From a bacterium (lineage in GTDB: Bacteria; UBA8248), in assembly GCA_965200245.1 (NCBI GenBank), contig CBDATS010000004.1, positions 800,001 to 864,000 on the forward strand: a stretch of DNA of 64,000 bases. Direction: 5' to 3'. The notes below the pieces were generated by a model that was given only the letters and a program-made list of their open reading frames with translations, ran no database searches and was not told the DNA's origin. Shown here in pieces: positions 1-10,453 of the stretch. Each line of letters starts with the position of its first letter. Within the stretch, counting starts at the first letter, position 1. The position numbers and the translations under genes were made by a program.

Positions 1-431
1 CGTTCGACAATCTCATCATCCGTAAGCCTGAGCGGGAGCGCACCCTCGTCGTTGCCCGGCGCACCGTGAAAGATGTGAAGGTCGTGGCCGGGTTCGGGCG
101 TAATCGTCATTTCACGGGGAAGCCCCCCGAGCCAGTCGAGTTGGTCTTCCGTCAAATGCTCGCGCGTCAAGCGCGAACTTTCGTTTCTTCCGGGAAAGGG
201 ATTGTCCTGCTCGTCGACGTGGTCGATGACCCAACGGTCGAAATTCCCCAGTATGGGAAGGCAATTCTTCCGCGAACGCAGGCGCTCGACCACTTCACCC
301 GGCTCGGGCCCGCCCATTACGTGATCGCCCGGCACGATCTCCCAGTGCACGTCATGCTTGTCGATTTCCGCCAGAATGATGTCCAGCGGTGCCAGTTGGG
401 CGTGGATGTCGGAATAAAGCGCGAGTCTCAT
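1..431 (-). CDS. Metallophosphoesterase (calcineurin-like/YfcE family), 3' end cut off by window edge
   Basis: Not in ORF track. Manual translation from ATG at 431: MRLALYSDIHAQLAPLDIILAEIDKHDVHWEIVPGDHVMGGPEP...ILGNFDRW...IFHGAPG. Carries the DxH, GD, GNxD and HG motifs. Confidence 0.85.
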   Translation of the reverse strand, partial: MRLALYSDIHAQLAPLDIILAEIDKHDVHWEIVPGDHVMGGPEPGEVVERLRSRKNCLPILGNFDRWVIDHVDEQDNPFPGRNESSRLTREHLTEDQLDWLGGLPREMTITPEPGHDLHIFHGAPGNDEGALPLRLTDDEIVE

Positions 432-629
432 TTTTGCTCTCCATGATGGATGAAAACCGGTCAGTTGCGATGAACATTCGGAAAAAACGATATTGACCAC
501 TCCGCTTGTCAGGCACTGGGCGTTTTCAGGGACTTGTATGCTTGACTACGCAAACCACTATATGAAGTGAAATTACAGCAACGCATACAAAGCTCTCTCA
601 TTTGATCTGAATATACAGCGATGTGTGCT

Positions 630-1709
630 CTAGTGTAGCAGTCTTCTCCCCGACTCCGCCAACGCCGCCATCTTCTCCCCAAGGCGGGGGTAGAGCAGCT
701 TTCCGTTTTCTTTCACGAGCTTTCCAGCCACGAAGACCGTATCCACATTGGCGAACGACGCCTGGAAAACCACCGTCTCGAGCGCGTCATGCACCGGGAA
801 GAGGTTCAAATCGCCCTTTCTGATCAGGACGATGTCCGCCTGCTTGCCCGGCTTGAGAGTGCCCGCCCTGTATCCCAGCCCCAGGGCGTTGGCGCCGTCT
901 ATCGTCGCCCACTCAAGGGCGCGACGCGCCGGAATCGCGACATCGACCGGCGAAGTTCTCCCGTCGAGTATCTTCTGGTTCTCCTGCGCGCGGGCGAACT
1001 GAAGCCCCATCCGCATCATGGTGAACATGTCGCCGCCGATGTGCGCGCTCCAGAGCAAGTCGTATTCGCGGGCCAGACAGATATCGTGCACGCACATCTC
1101 AAGCGTGGAAAGATCAGGACCCCTCGTGGCGAGGGCGAGTTTGATGAGGCCATCTTCCGCGGCAAGTCGTCCCGCCCGCAGGCGTCTCACCTCATCGGGA
1201 GGATGCGGCCTGTGGCTGAGCGGCGTCTCGCCCTCGGTAATTCTGGGCTTGGGCGTCCCGTGACCGAAAACCGCGCGGATGCCCGCCTCCTCCAGGCCGT
1301 CGAGACCTGCGTCGGTATGCCCGGGCGTGGGGTTGTTGTGACACCAGTCGAAAAGCGTCGTGACGCCGCCGTTTAACTGGTTGAGCGCACCGAGGAGGTT
1401 CGCGAGATATACATCTTCAGGCCGGAACCCGGGACCGAAGCCCTCGTGCATCTGTCGAATATACTCCACCAGCGTCCAGTCGCCGGCTATCCCGCGTATG
1501 CCCGTCTGCCAGGTGTGCTGATGTGCATTCACGAAACCCGGCAAGACGATAAAATCGCCCGCATCCACCTCCTTCGCCCCGGGCGCATGGACGTTCCGGC
1601 CGACTGCCCTTATCTCATCGTCTTCGATGAGCAGGTCGCCGCCTTCGATATCACCAAGCAGGGGGTCGAGCGTGAGGATGCTTCCCCCGCGCAAAAGCGT
1701 TCTTTTCAT
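630..1709 (-). CDS. Amidohydrolase family protein (SAH/MTA deaminase-like) with probable in-frame internal deletion
   Basis: Start MKRTLLRGG at 1709 overlaps the upstream TGA. Motifs PGFVNAHQH, GVTT, ATIDGA, GKQADIV present. SAHIGG runs directly into DMFTMMR. Confidence 0.85.
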   Translation of the reverse strand: MKRTLLRGGSILTLDPLLGDIEGGDLLIEDDEIRAVGRNVHAPGAKEVDAGDFIVLPGFVNAHQHTWQTGIRGIAGDWTLVEYIRQMHEGFGPGFRPEDVYLANLLGALNQLNGGVTTLFDWCHNNPTPGHTDAGLDGLEEAGIRAVFGHGTPKPRITEGETPLSHRPHPPDEVRRLRAGRLAAEDGLIKLALATRGPDLSTLEMCVHDICLAREYDLLWSAHIGGDMFTMMRMGLQFARAQENQKILDGRTSPVDVAIPARRALEWATIDGANALGLGYRAGTLKPGKQADIVLIRKGDLNLFPVHDALETVVFQASFANVDTVFVAGKLVKENGKLLYPRLGEKMAALAESGRRLLH

Positions 1710-2818
1710 CACAATGATCCTCCTACGGGCGGCGCAAATTCCCTGAGTGCCTTTTCGTTCCACTCCAGCCCGAGTCCGGGTTTGTCTGTGAGCACGAGAT
1801 TCCCGTCCCTGAATCCCATCGGTTCCTTGATGATGCACTCCCACCAGGGCATGTGCTCGCACCAGACCCCGTGGGGTTCCGCGCTCATAAGGTGTGCCGA
1901 AACCTCGTGGAAGAGGTGCGGCGTCACCGGCTTTTCGAACTCCTTCGCCAACGCCGCCGCGCGGCGCCAGCCCGTGACGCCCGAGCAGCGTTCCAGATCA
2001 GGCATGAGAATATCTGCCGCACCAGCCACGAGCAGGTGCCGCATACCTCGCGGGTTGTAATTCGTCTCCCCGGTGCAGATCGGAATGCTGCTGGCCCCGG
2101 CGACCGCAGCGCATCCCCTGATGTCTTCGTGATCGACCGGCTCCTCCACCCAGTAGAGACCAAAAGGCTCGAACGCCTTGCACGCCCTTATCGCGGTTTC
2201 CACGTCCCAGGCCTGGTTGGCGTCCACCATGAGCGCAACCTCATCGCCTATCGCCTCGCGCACGGCGCTGATCCGCTCGACATCTTCATCCACCCTGCCA
2301 CCGACGCGGAGTTTCATGGCCCTGAAGCCGCGCGCCTTGAGAGCCACGGCCTCCTCCACGAGTTCGTCTATCGAGAGATTGAGCCAAAGACCCTCGCTCG
2401 CGTAGCAGGGAATTTCGCGCCTCTCACCACCAAGGTATTTCCAGAGCGGCTCGCCCGCCGCCTGGGCCGCCAAATCCCAACTGGCAGTATCGAGCGCGGA
2501 CATCGCCAGGGCGCTGATCCCGTCGCGTCCCACGAAACTCACCGCCTTGCGCATCGCTTCCCAGTTCGCCTCTGTGTCCGCCGGATCCCTACCCAGCAGG
2601 TTGGCGAACAAATCGCGCACCATCGCTATCATCGCGCGGACCCGTTCGGGAGCGAAAGCGAAACACCAACCGTGGCCCTTCAGGCCCTCTTTCGTTCGGA
2701 GGGTGACGCAGCAGGTGTTTACGGTATGCACCTCGAACGTAGCCACCTTGAGCGGCCGGGCCAGTGGCACGCATGCGTGAACCGGCGTCATGCTGATGAT
2801 GGTTTGGGAAGACGGCAA
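1709..2818 (-). CDS. Mandelate racemase/muconate lactonizing enzyme family (enolase superfamily)
   Basis: KLRVG, MVDAN, WVEEP and TGE metal-ligand motifs; TTG start with AAGGAG RBS. Confidence 0.9.
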   Translation of the reverse strand: MPSSQTIISMTPVHACVPLARPLKVATFEVHTVNTCCVTLRTKEGLKGHGWCFAFAPERVRAMIAMVRDLFANLLGRDPADTEANWEAMRKAVSFVGRDGISALAMSALDTASWDLAAQAAGEPLWKYLGGERREIPCYASEGLWLNLSIDELVEEAVALKARGFRAMKLRVGGRVDEDVERISAVREAIGDEVALMVDANQAWDVETAIRACKAFEPFGLYWVEEPVDHEDIRGCAAVAGASSIPICTGETNYNPRGMRHLLVAGAADILMPDLERCSGVTGWRRAAALAKEFEKPVTPHLFHEVSAHLMSAEPHGVWCEHMPWWECIIKEPMGFRDGNLVLTDKPGLGLEWNEKALREFAPPVGGSL

Positions 2819-2957
2819 AGCGGTTCTCCTTCACATCGAGTGTGGGATGTCACCAGTTCTTCATACGGTTTGCGCGACAGGTTACCTTGTTCATCCTCGA
2901 ATGGCTATAATTGCCTTGTTCGAAGTTGTCGAATAATCCATGAGGGAAGAACCAAAG

Positions 2958-3827
2958 ATGCCCGCTATCCGGTTACAGAAAATTATCGCTCAGGCGGGCC
3001 TTGCCTCACGCAGGGAGGCGGAACGCCTGATCGCCGAGGGCCGCGTTCAGGTGAATGGAGCGCGCGTGTTCACCCTGGGCGCCAAGGCGGACCCGCTCGC
3101 CGATTCCATCAAGGTGAATGGAAAGATCGTCACGAAAAAAGAGCCTCCCGTCTATCTCGTGCTGAACAAACCAAAAAACGTGCTCACCACCATGCGGGAT
3201 GAAATGGGCAAGGACAGGCCCACGGTGGCAGGGTTGCTGCCCCGGGGCCTTCGGCGCGTATTCCCCGTTGGCAGGCTCGATTTCGACGTGGAGGGCGTGT
3301 TGCTCCTCACCAATGACGGTGAGATGGCGAACCGCCTCGCCCACCCGAGATACGGGATACCCCGCGTCTACGATGCAAAGGTGAAGGGGACGCCCTCCGA
3401 AGCCGCCCTCGCCCGGATGACGGACGGTTCGTGGATGCGCGGGCGGAGCAGGAAACCCCAGCTGGCCCAGGTGCGAATCATTCGCGCGAACACAGAGAAA
3501 AACGCGTGGCTCAGAATCGAACTCCGCGAGGGCAGACAGCACCAGGTCAAGAAAATGTGTGAGGCCGCGGGGCATCCCGTCATCAAGCTCATCCGGCGCT
3601 CTTATGGGGGAATCACGGCGAGAGGCCTTCCAGGCGCCAAGGTGAGGACACTCAGCAGCGATGAGATCAAAAAACTCAAGAATATGACAGATATCCGCGC
3701 AGGGGCGGAGAAACGCCCGGCTCCGAGGACGGGCTGGGCCAGGGCCAGGACAAATCCCAAACGCGCGGCGCGCAGGGGAGCCGTGAACCGGAAAAAGAAA
3801 CCGGCGGACAAACCCGGCCCCCCATGA
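2958..3827 (+). CDS. rluB: rRNA pseudouridine synthase, RluB/RsuA family
   Basis: S4 domain RLQKIIAQAGLASRREAE; catalytic VGRLD; LREGRQHQVKKM; basic C-terminal tail. Confidence 0.9.
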   Translation: MPAIRLQKIIAQAGLASRREAERLIAEGRVQVNGARVFTLGAKADPLADSIKVNGKIVTKKEPPVYLVLNKPKNVLTTMRDEMGKDRPTVAGLLPRGLRRVFPVGRLDFDVEGVLLLTNDGEMANRLAHPRYGIPRVYDAKVKGTPSEAALARMTDGSWMRGRSRKPQLAQVRIIRANTEKNAWLRIELREGRQHQVKKMCEAAGHPVIKLIRRSYGGITARGLPGAKVRTLSSDEIKKLKNMTDIRAGAEKRPAPRTGWARARTNPKRAARRGAVNRKKKPADKPGPP

Positions 3828-3925
3828 AACGCGGGTTCAACAGTTGAACCGGAAGAGAGAATCCACGGGTGTCCTGTGGTATGATGCGCCAACGCAAATA
3901 CGGAGAAACAAAAGGCCCCTGGACA

Positions 3926-4531
3926 ATGAGCGCAACCGCTTCGAACAGATTGACGCTGGCGACCAAGATCACACTGGTTCGGGTTTTCCTGATCCCCGTA
4001 TTCGTGATGTGCCTCGCCTACAGGAAACCGGGAATCGCCCTGGCCGTCTTCATCATCGCGGGCGTTGCGGACGGCGTGGACGGCTATATCGCGCGAAGCC
4101 GCGGCGAGATGACGGAATTGGGCGCCATGCTCGATCCCATTGCGGACAAGCTGCTCATGTTCACCGCGTACATCATGATGGGGATTTCGGAAGACATTCC
4201 GATCTGGCTGGCCATTTTCGTCGTGAGCCGGGACCTGCTGATTTGCATCGGCTGCATGGTGTTGTTCATGACGGTGGGCCTGCAGACGCCATCGCCATCC
4301 ATGCTGGGAAAAACCACGACGACCGCCCAGATGATCACCGCCGGAGCCGCCCTGCTGGCGGCAGCGCTCGGAGCGGAAACGAACTTCGTGTTGCTGTCCA
4401 CGTTCCTCATTACCTGCGCGCTGACGCTCGCCTCGGGAATTCACTATCTTTTCTTCGTGGGCGCCCGGATGCTCTACCAAAAACCCGATGACGCCGGGAC
4501 GGAGAAAACCACCTCCGCAGCCCGGAACTGA
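3926..4531 (+). CDS. pgsA: CDP-alcohol phosphatidyltransferase (PgsA-like)
   Basis: Signature DGVDGYIARSRGEMTELGAMLDPIADK; multiple TM segments. Confidence 0.85.
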   Translation: MSATASNRLTLATKITLVRVFLIPVFVMCLAYRKPGIALAVFIIAGVADGVDGYIARSRGEMTELGAMLDPIADKLLMFTAYIMMGISEDIPIWLAIFVVSRDLLICIGCMVLFMTVGLQTPSPSMLGKTTTTAQMITAGAALLAAALGAETNFVLLSTFLITCALTLASGIHYLFFVGARMLYQKPDDAGTEKTTSAARN

Positions 4532-4547
4532 GGCCGGATTGTCCGAT

Positions 4548-5606
4548 ATGGAAAATTCACCCCAATTCCTGTCGTGGAAGAGAATCTGGCTGATTCTCAT
4601 CCTCGTCACCGCCGTGTGGCTCCTGGTGAGCGCCCGGGCGGCGCTGGTTCCCCTGGCACTTTCCTTCATCCTGGCCTATCTGCTTCAACCCGTGGTCGAC
4701 GAACTGGAGAAATGGAAAATTCCGCGCCCTCTCGCCGCCCTGATCCTCCTGTTGGGGCTGGGCTTTTTCGCGTTCCTGATGTGGGCGAGCATCGCACCCG
4801 TGGTGAGAGAACAAATCACGGTGTTCGTGGGGAAACTCCCCGGCTACATCAGGCTCATCGAAAAGTGGCTCATCTCGATGTTCGATACGTTCCAGCTATC
4901 CCAGAACGCCAATCTGAAGGAATACCTCACCGAAAACCTCTCCCTCTTGGCTCAGTTGCCCGTCTCCGCCCTGAGAACGGGTGGGGAGTTTCTGTTCCGG
5001 ACGACCAGCGGCATCTTCTCCATCGCCATCAGCATCGCCTATCTCATCCTCATCCCCGTCATGACCTTCTATATCCTGAGGGACAAAAACCTGATAGCGG
5101 AGGGGGTTTTCGCCTACGTTCACCGCGACTACCAGGAAGAGGTGAAGAAACGTCTCTATCGCCTCGACGAACTTCTCGGCTCGTTCATCAAAGGCCAGTT
5201 GCTGATCGCACTCATCCTCTCCGTACTCTATGTGCTGGGTTTCTTCATCGTGGGCGTGCCGTTGTGGCTGGTTCTGGGTATCTTCACGGGCATATCGTGC
5301 ATGTTTCCCTACGTGGAATGGATTATCGCCCTGCCGGTCGCCCTGCTGCTCACAGCCCTCGCGCATCAGGACTGGATACACCCGCTGGCGACGCTGGCCG
5401 TGTTCGGAATCATCTCACCCATTGCGGGCGTCGCTCTCGTGCCACGCATTCTGGGCAACCGTATCGGGCTTCATCCCGTGGTGGTACTGGCCTCGATCAT
5501 GATAGGGGGAGAGTTGATGGGTTTCGCGGGAATCCTTTTGGCCGTTCCGTTCGCGGCGGCCATGAAGGTGGCGCTTGAGGCGATCAGCGATTACTACCTG
5601 CAGTAA
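4548..5606 (+). CDS. AI-2E family transporter (PerM-like)
   Basis: AYLLQPVV, FIKGQLL and PRILGNRIGLHPVVV motifs; hydrophobic. Confidence 0.9.
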   Translation: MENSPQFLSWKRIWLILILVTAVWLLVSARAALVPLALSFILAYLLQPVVDELEKWKIPRPLAALILLLGLGFFAFLMWASIAPVVREQITVFVGKLPGYIRLIEKWLISMFDTFQLSQNANLKEYLTENLSLLAQLPVSALRTGGEFLFRTTSGIFSIAISIAYLILIPVMTFYILRDKNLIAEGVFAYVHRDYQEEVKKRLYRLDELLGSFIKGQLLIALILSVLYVLGFFIVGVPLWLVLGIFTGISCMFPYVEWIIALPVALLLTALAHQDWIHPLATLAVFGIISPIAGVALVPRILGNRIGLHPVVVLASIMIGGELMGFAGILLAVPFAAAMKVALEAISDYYLQ

Positions 5607-5654
5607 GTCCTGCCGGACGCTTCACTGAATACAGGTTGCGAACTATCATGCAGT

Positions 5655-6179
5655 TCAGTCGGGGACTTCCACGCCCCTGTCCACCGCGCGCGCCATGAGA
5701 AAGAGGAGGTCGGAGATGCGATTCAGGTAGACGAGGAGTTCGGGGTTGTCGATGTAGCCCTCGTCGCGCAGCCTGACCGCCCATCTCTCGCCCCGGCGGA
5801 CGATGGTGAGCGCCACGTCCAGTGCGGCACCACAAACCGAGTCACCCGAAATCACCCAGTCGGTGATTTGAATTTCCTTTTCATAGCGTGCTACCTGGGC
5901 GTCGGCCCACGCGACCTGCTCCGTTCCCAGGCGCTCCGAGAGCCTGCCGAGCTTGCCCCGCAGCGTCGCCAGGTCGTTGCTCACCAGGAAGAGGTCTTTC
6001 TGGATTTTGAGGATTTCGGGCTTGAGCCATTCGGGCGCCGTCGAGCGTGCGAGACCAAGCGCGGCCTTCGCCTCATCGAGTGCGCCGTAGGCCTGCACCT
6101 GGATATGATATTTGGGAACCCTGTCCGCAAACCATAAATCGGTGTTCCCATCGTCTCCTCTTCGCGTGACGATGGACAT
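5655..6179 (-). CDS. Cob(I)alamin adenosyltransferase, PduO type
   Basis: TRRGDDGNT, AYGALDE, VRRGER and YLNRISDLLF motifs. Confidence 0.9.
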   Translation of the reverse strand: MSIVTRRGDDGNTDLWFADRVPKYHIQVQAYGALDEAKAALGLARSTAPEWLKPEILKIQKDLFLVSNDLATLRGKLGRLSERLGTEQVAWADAQVARYEKEIQITDWVISGDSVCGAALDVALTIVRRGERWAVRLRDEGYIDNPELLVYLNRISDLLFLMARAVDRGVEVPD

Positions 6180-6196
6180 CGAATCGCTCCTTCAGG

Positions 6197-7258
6197 CTAG
6201 AGTCTCTTGATGACGTCGGTGGCTGCGGATCGTGTCGTTCCGTTTCCGCCCAGATCCGGCGTGCGGTTCCCCTCGGCCAGATGAGAACGTACCGCGCCGT
6301 CGAGCCGTCTGGCGGCGTGTTCCTCACGGAGATAATCAAGCATCAGGGCGGCGGAAAACAGCGCGGCCACCGGGTTGGCGATTCCCTTGCCCATGATGTC
6401 GGGTGCCGAGCCGTGGACAGGCTCGAACAGGCCGGGCGCGTCTCCCCTGGGATTCGTGTTCGCGCTCGCGGCAACCCCCAACCCGCCGACGATGGCGGCA
6501 CCCAAATCGGTCAAGATGTCACCGAACAAATTCGTGGAAACCACGACATCGAAGTGCTCGGGCCTTCTCACGAACTCGAGCGCGGCGGCGTCAACGAGAT
6601 ATTTCGTCGTCTCGATTTTCCTGTAGCGGGGCCGGGCCGCGACTTCTTCGAAAATCTCGTCCCACATCACCAGCGTATGACCCTGCGCGTTCGATTTGGT
6701 GACGTTCGTCACGTGTTTTCTGCGCTTGAGCGCCGCCTCGAAGGCTGCTTCGATGATGCGCTCACAGCCCATGCGCGTGAAGAGCGTGATCTGGGCGGCA
6801 AGTTGCGATGGGTGTCCTTCGTAGTGTCTGCCGCCGATGGGGCTGTATTCGCCCTCGGTGTTCTCCCGGAAGAAGAGTATGTCGATATCGCCCGGTTCGT
6901 AGCTGCGCAGCGGCGATTCGAGACCGTCGTACAAGACGATGGGACGCATGTTGACGTAGAGGTCGAACCCGCGGCGAAGTGGCAGGAGAAGCTGGTTGAG
7001 CGTGATGTGATCGGGAATGTCAGGCCTGCCCACGGCGCCCAGCAGAATCGCGTCGTGTTTCCGTATGCGCTCAAGGAAATTCTCGGGACACATCCGCCCC
7101 GTCTCGTGATAGAAATCACTCCCCCAGGGGTATTTCGTAAAGGAAAACTCGAGACCATGTTCGATCTTCGCGAGCGCGCGCAGTACGCGCACCACCTGCG
7201 TGATGACTTCAGGCCCGATTCCGTCTGCGGGTATTAAACCAATGCTGTGCTTCGCCAT
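6197..7258 (-). CDS. Tartrate/D-malate dehydrogenase (isocitrate/isopropylmalate dehydrogenase family)
   Basis: DGIGPEV, RENTEGEYS, NLFGDILTDL, FEPVHGSAPDI. Confidence 0.88.
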   Translation of the reverse strand: MAKHSIGLIPADGIGPEVITQVVRVLRALAKIEHGLEFSFTKYPWGSDFYHETGRMCPENFLERIRKHDAILLGAVGRPDIPDHITLNQLLLPLRRGFDLYVNMRPIVLYDGLESPLRSYEPGDIDILFFRENTEGEYSPIGGRHYEGHPSQLAAQITLFTRMGCERIIEAAFEAALKRRKHVTNVTKSNAQGHTLVMWDEIFEEVAARPRYRKIETTKYLVDAAALEFVRRPEHFDVVVSTNLFGDILTDLGAAIVGGLGVAASANTNPRGDAPGLFEPVHGSAPDIMGKGIANPVAALFSAALMLDYLREEHAARRLDGAVRSHLAEGNRTPDLGGNGTTRSAATDVIKRL

Positions 7259-7319
7259 CGCTTCTCCTTCATGATTCCGTCCCCGGCGGGCAAGTCGCCC
7301 GCATCCGCACTGCGGTGAA

Positions 7320-8918
7320 TTAAAGTCCTTTTTCGATGAGGTACTCCACTGGATTGTAGTCGTCCGTCAAAACCGGACCGTAGAGGCGTGCGCCAGGCGG
7401 TGCCACACGCATGCCTGCGGCGAACGCGTATTGGGGTTCTTTGCCAATCGCCTCGCTCACGCGGCGAAAGCGATTCGCATCCTCGTCCCGGAACGCGAAG
7501 AAGAGAATGTTCTGCGCGATATAGGGATTCGCGGGGTCTGTGCTGTAGATGAATATCTCGGGGAACACCACCTTCATCGTCCGGTAGACGGACGCGTATA
7601 TGGCCCCGCCCTGTCCTGCGCGATAGCCGATAAGGTTCAGCATGAATACGCCACCGGGCGCAAGACGCTCGCGCGCTTCCTCGAAGAACTCCTTCGTCAC
7701 CAGATGCGGCGGGATGTTCCTCAAGCCCCGGTAGGCGTCGCCCACAATGAGATCGTATGTTTCACCTGTTGAACGCAGAATGCGCCTGCCGTCTCCTGCC
7801 AGGTTTTTCAATTTCGGGAATTTCCCCAGCCGAAAAAACTTCTCTCCCGCATCAATGACTTCCGCGTCGAGTTCGGCCACGGAGATCGACATCTCCGGCT
7901 TCATGAGCTGGAGCACCTTCGGCATCGTGAACGCGCCGCCGCCGATGAAGATCGCGCGCTTCATGTGAGGCACGAACAAGGGCCCGAGTTCCAGGAAGCG
8001 GGTGTACTCGTAGAAAAATTTCCTGTCGTCGCCCAGGACCATCGCCCCCTCGGGCTGATGATCCAGAAACAACTCGCGTACCCGTACACCACCCGCTTCT
8101 TCCTTCTCGAACACGCGAATCATGTGGTACATGTTCTCGCGCACCCACACCGTATTCCTGTCCACGCCGGGGATGACGCCGAGCCAGACCGAGCCCGTCC
8201 CCATCATGGCCAAGACGAAGATCGCGACAAACATGCTCGCACGCGCGTTTCGTTTCGAGAACAGACTGGCGAAGTCGCCGCTGAGGAAAAGCCCCAGGAT
8301 CGCCGTGAGCGTCAACGCGGCGGCCGTCGTGAGGAAGATACCATTCAGCCCAAAGAAAGGTATGAAGACGAATCCCGTTGCGAACGTGCCGACAATGCTC
8401 CCGACAGTGGACCAGGTAAAGAGGTTTCCCGTCACTGCTCCCAGGCTTCCCTCACCTCTTGCTGCAAGCTTCACCGCGAAGGGTGTGAGCGTGGCGAGCA
8501 CGCATCCCGGGGCGGCGAAGAGCAAAAGCCCGGCAAACACCGGCCCCGATTGCAGGCTCAGGCTCTTTTCCATCGTGGGCAGCAGAATCCCCCGCAGTGC
8601 AGGCACCAGGGCCACCAGGCCCGCGCCACCCAGCATGAGGAGGAAAAACAGCCTCGTGGATGGATTCCTGTCCGCAAGCCTGCCGCCGATGGAATAGCCG
8701 AGGCTCAGCGCGGCGAGGATGATGCCTATCATTGAAGTCCACGTGTAGAGCGTGTTGCCAAAATGAGGCGCGAGCACGCGCCCGGCCGCGATCTCCATGA
8801 CGAGAATCGAGCCGCCCGAGAGAAAGACCGAGAAATAGAGATAGAAACCCGCCACACTCTTCCGTTTGCTCTCAAACGCCTTGTCCTGCGGCGCTCGACC
8901 AGGCTGTTTCGCCACCAC
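7320..8918 (-). CDS. Fused membrane (MFS-like)/spermidine synthase-like SAM methyltransferase
   Basis: N-terminal TM block (MEIAAGRVLAPHFGNT); C-terminal IGGGAF, GDGR, YDLIVGDAY, LTDDYNP. Confidence 0.85.
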   Translation of the reverse strand: MVAKQPGRAPQDKAFESKRKSVAGFYLYFSVFLSGGSILVMEIAAGRVLAPHFGNTLYTWTSMIGIILAALSLGYSIGGRLADRNPSTRLFFLLMLGGAGLVALVPALRGILLPTMEKSLSLQSGPVFAGLLLFAAPGCVLATLTPFAVKLAARGEGSLGAVTGNLFTWSTVGSIVGTFATGFVFIPFFGLNGIFLTTAAALTLTAILGLFLSGDFASLFSKRNARASMFVAIFVLAMMGTGSVWLGVIPGVDRNTVWVRENMYHMIRVFEKEEAGGVRVRELFLDHQPEGAMVLGDDRKFFYEYTRFLELGPLFVPHMKRAIFIGGGAFTMPKVLQLMKPEMSISVAELDAEVIDAGEKFFRLGKFPKLKNLAGDGRRILRSTGETYDLIVGDAYRGLRNIPPHLVTKEFFEEARERLAPGGVFMLNLIGYRAGQGGAIYASVYRTMKVVFPEIFIYSTDPANPYIAQNILFFAFRDEDANRFRRVSEAIGKEPQYAFAAGMRVAPPGARLYGPVLTDDYNPVEYLIEKGL

Positions 8919-9090
8919 GCGCTCCTCGAAAAAATAACGCCCGAAAAAGGAAACCGCACTCTATGGCACTAAAAGAACTGAGGCAAGCCGGGGGTCCGCC
9001 TGGATTTTTTCGGGTCGATGCCGCATAAATAGAATTGAACTCGCGCCGAGCGGTGCTCTATTGATTTTCCCTCTACAAGAGAACGACGAT

Positions 9091-9780
9091 TTGGCCTCCG
9101 ACAAAGTATATCCATCATCCAGGGCCGCCATCGCCGATATACCCGATGGCTCCACTATCCTGCTGGGCGGGTTCGGAGGAGCGGGCATCCCGGAAAACCT
9201 CCTGGTCGCCATGGCCGACCACCCCGCGCGCGACCTGACCGTCGTCACGAACCACGCGGGCTTCGGCGAGCGTGGCCTCGCCGTGCTGCTCCGGCAGGGA
9301 AAGATCAGGAAAATCATCTGCAGCTACGCCTTCCACAGAAGCGCGTTCGTGTTCAGGGAACTGTATCTGGAGGGAAAAATTGAACTCGAACAACTCCCCC
9401 AAGGAACCATGGCCGAGAGGATACGCGCAGCGGGCGCGGGGATATCCGCCTTCTACACGCCCACCGGCTTCGGTACGCAGTCGGCCGAGAACAAGGAAAG
9501 CCGCACGATCAACGGACGCAACGTCGTGCTCGAATACCCTCTTCCCGGTGACGTGGCTGTCATCAAGGCACACCGGGCCGACCGCATGGGGAACCTCACC
9601 TACCGGGGCACGGCGGCGAACTTCAACCCCGTCATGGCGACGGCAGCACCGCTCACCATCGCCGAGGTGGAGGAAATCGTAGAACCTGTCAGCATTGCGC
9701 CTGAGAGCGTGCACACGCCTTCAATATACGTGCAAAGAGTCGTGAGAGGAGAAGACCTTGGCCTCAGATCAGAAACCTGA
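9091..9780 (+). CDS. 3-oxoacid CoA-transferase subunit A
   Basis: GGFGGAGIP, PQGTMAERIRAAGAG, NFNP motifs; start position approximate (TTG). Confidence 0.9.
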   Translation: MASDKVYPSSRAAIADIPDGSTILLGGFGGAGIPENLLVAMADHPARDLTVVTNHAGFGERGLAVLLRQGKIRKIICSYAFHRSAFVFRELYLEGKIELEQLPQGTMAERIRAAGAGISAFYTPTGFGTQSAENKESRTINGRNVVLEYPLPGDVAVIKAHRADRMGNLTYRGTAANFNPVMATAAPLTIAEVEEIVEPVSIAPESVHTPSIYVQRVVRGEDLGLRSET

Positions 9781-10453
9781 AAGCCGCGCGCTCGCACCGG
9801 CTGACATCGCCCGGCGTGTGGCGGCGGAATTGCCAGACGGTGCGGTGGTGAACCTGGGCATTGGCATTCCCACGCTGGTGGGCGACTTCGTGGAAGCCGG
9901 ACGCGGCGTGATGTTCATGGCCGAAAACGGCATCATCGGTGCAGGCCCCAGGCCTGAACCCGGCCAGGAGGACAAAGACTACATCAACGCGTCGCGCGAA
10001 CCCATCACCACCCTTCCGGGTGCGTCGGTTTTCGGACACGCAGACGCCTTTGCCATGATACGCGGGGGCCACATCGACATCGCCATCATGGGCGCGCTGC
10101 AGGTCTCGGCCTGTGGCGACCTCGCAAACTGGACGGTACCTGGCTTGGGCAAGGGCGGCATCGGCGGCGCGATGGACTTGGCGGCGGGCGCGAGAGAAGT
10201 TTTCGCTATCATGACCCACACCATGAAGGACGGTGGCCTCAAGCTCCTGGAAGAATGTACCTACCCGCTTACCGCGCAGCGCGTGGTCACCAAGCTGTTC
10301 ACCGACATCGCCTTTATCGAGATCACGCCGGAAGGCCCTCTGCTCAAAGAGGTGGCCGAAGGGCTCACGGCGGAAGACGTGCAGGCGGTGAGCGAACCCG
10401 TGCTCATCACGAACGGGCCGCCCGGCGTGCTCACGCGCGAGGAGACCCTATGA
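9758..10453 (+). CDS. 3-oxoacid CoA-transferase subunit B
   Basis: VNLGIGIPT, active-site AENG (SENG-like), GDLANW, GGAMDL. Confidence 0.9.
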   Translation: MASDQKPESRALAPADIARRVAAELPDGAVVNLGIGIPTLVGDFVEAGRGVMFMAENGIIGAGPRPEPGQEDKDYINASREPITTLPGASVFGHADAFAMIRGGHIDIAIMGALQVSACGDLANWTVPGLGKGGIGGAMDLAAGAREVFAIMTHTMKDGGLKLLEECTYPLTAQRVVTKLFTDIAFIEITPEGPLLKEVAEGLTAEDVQAVSEPVLITNGPPGVLTREETL

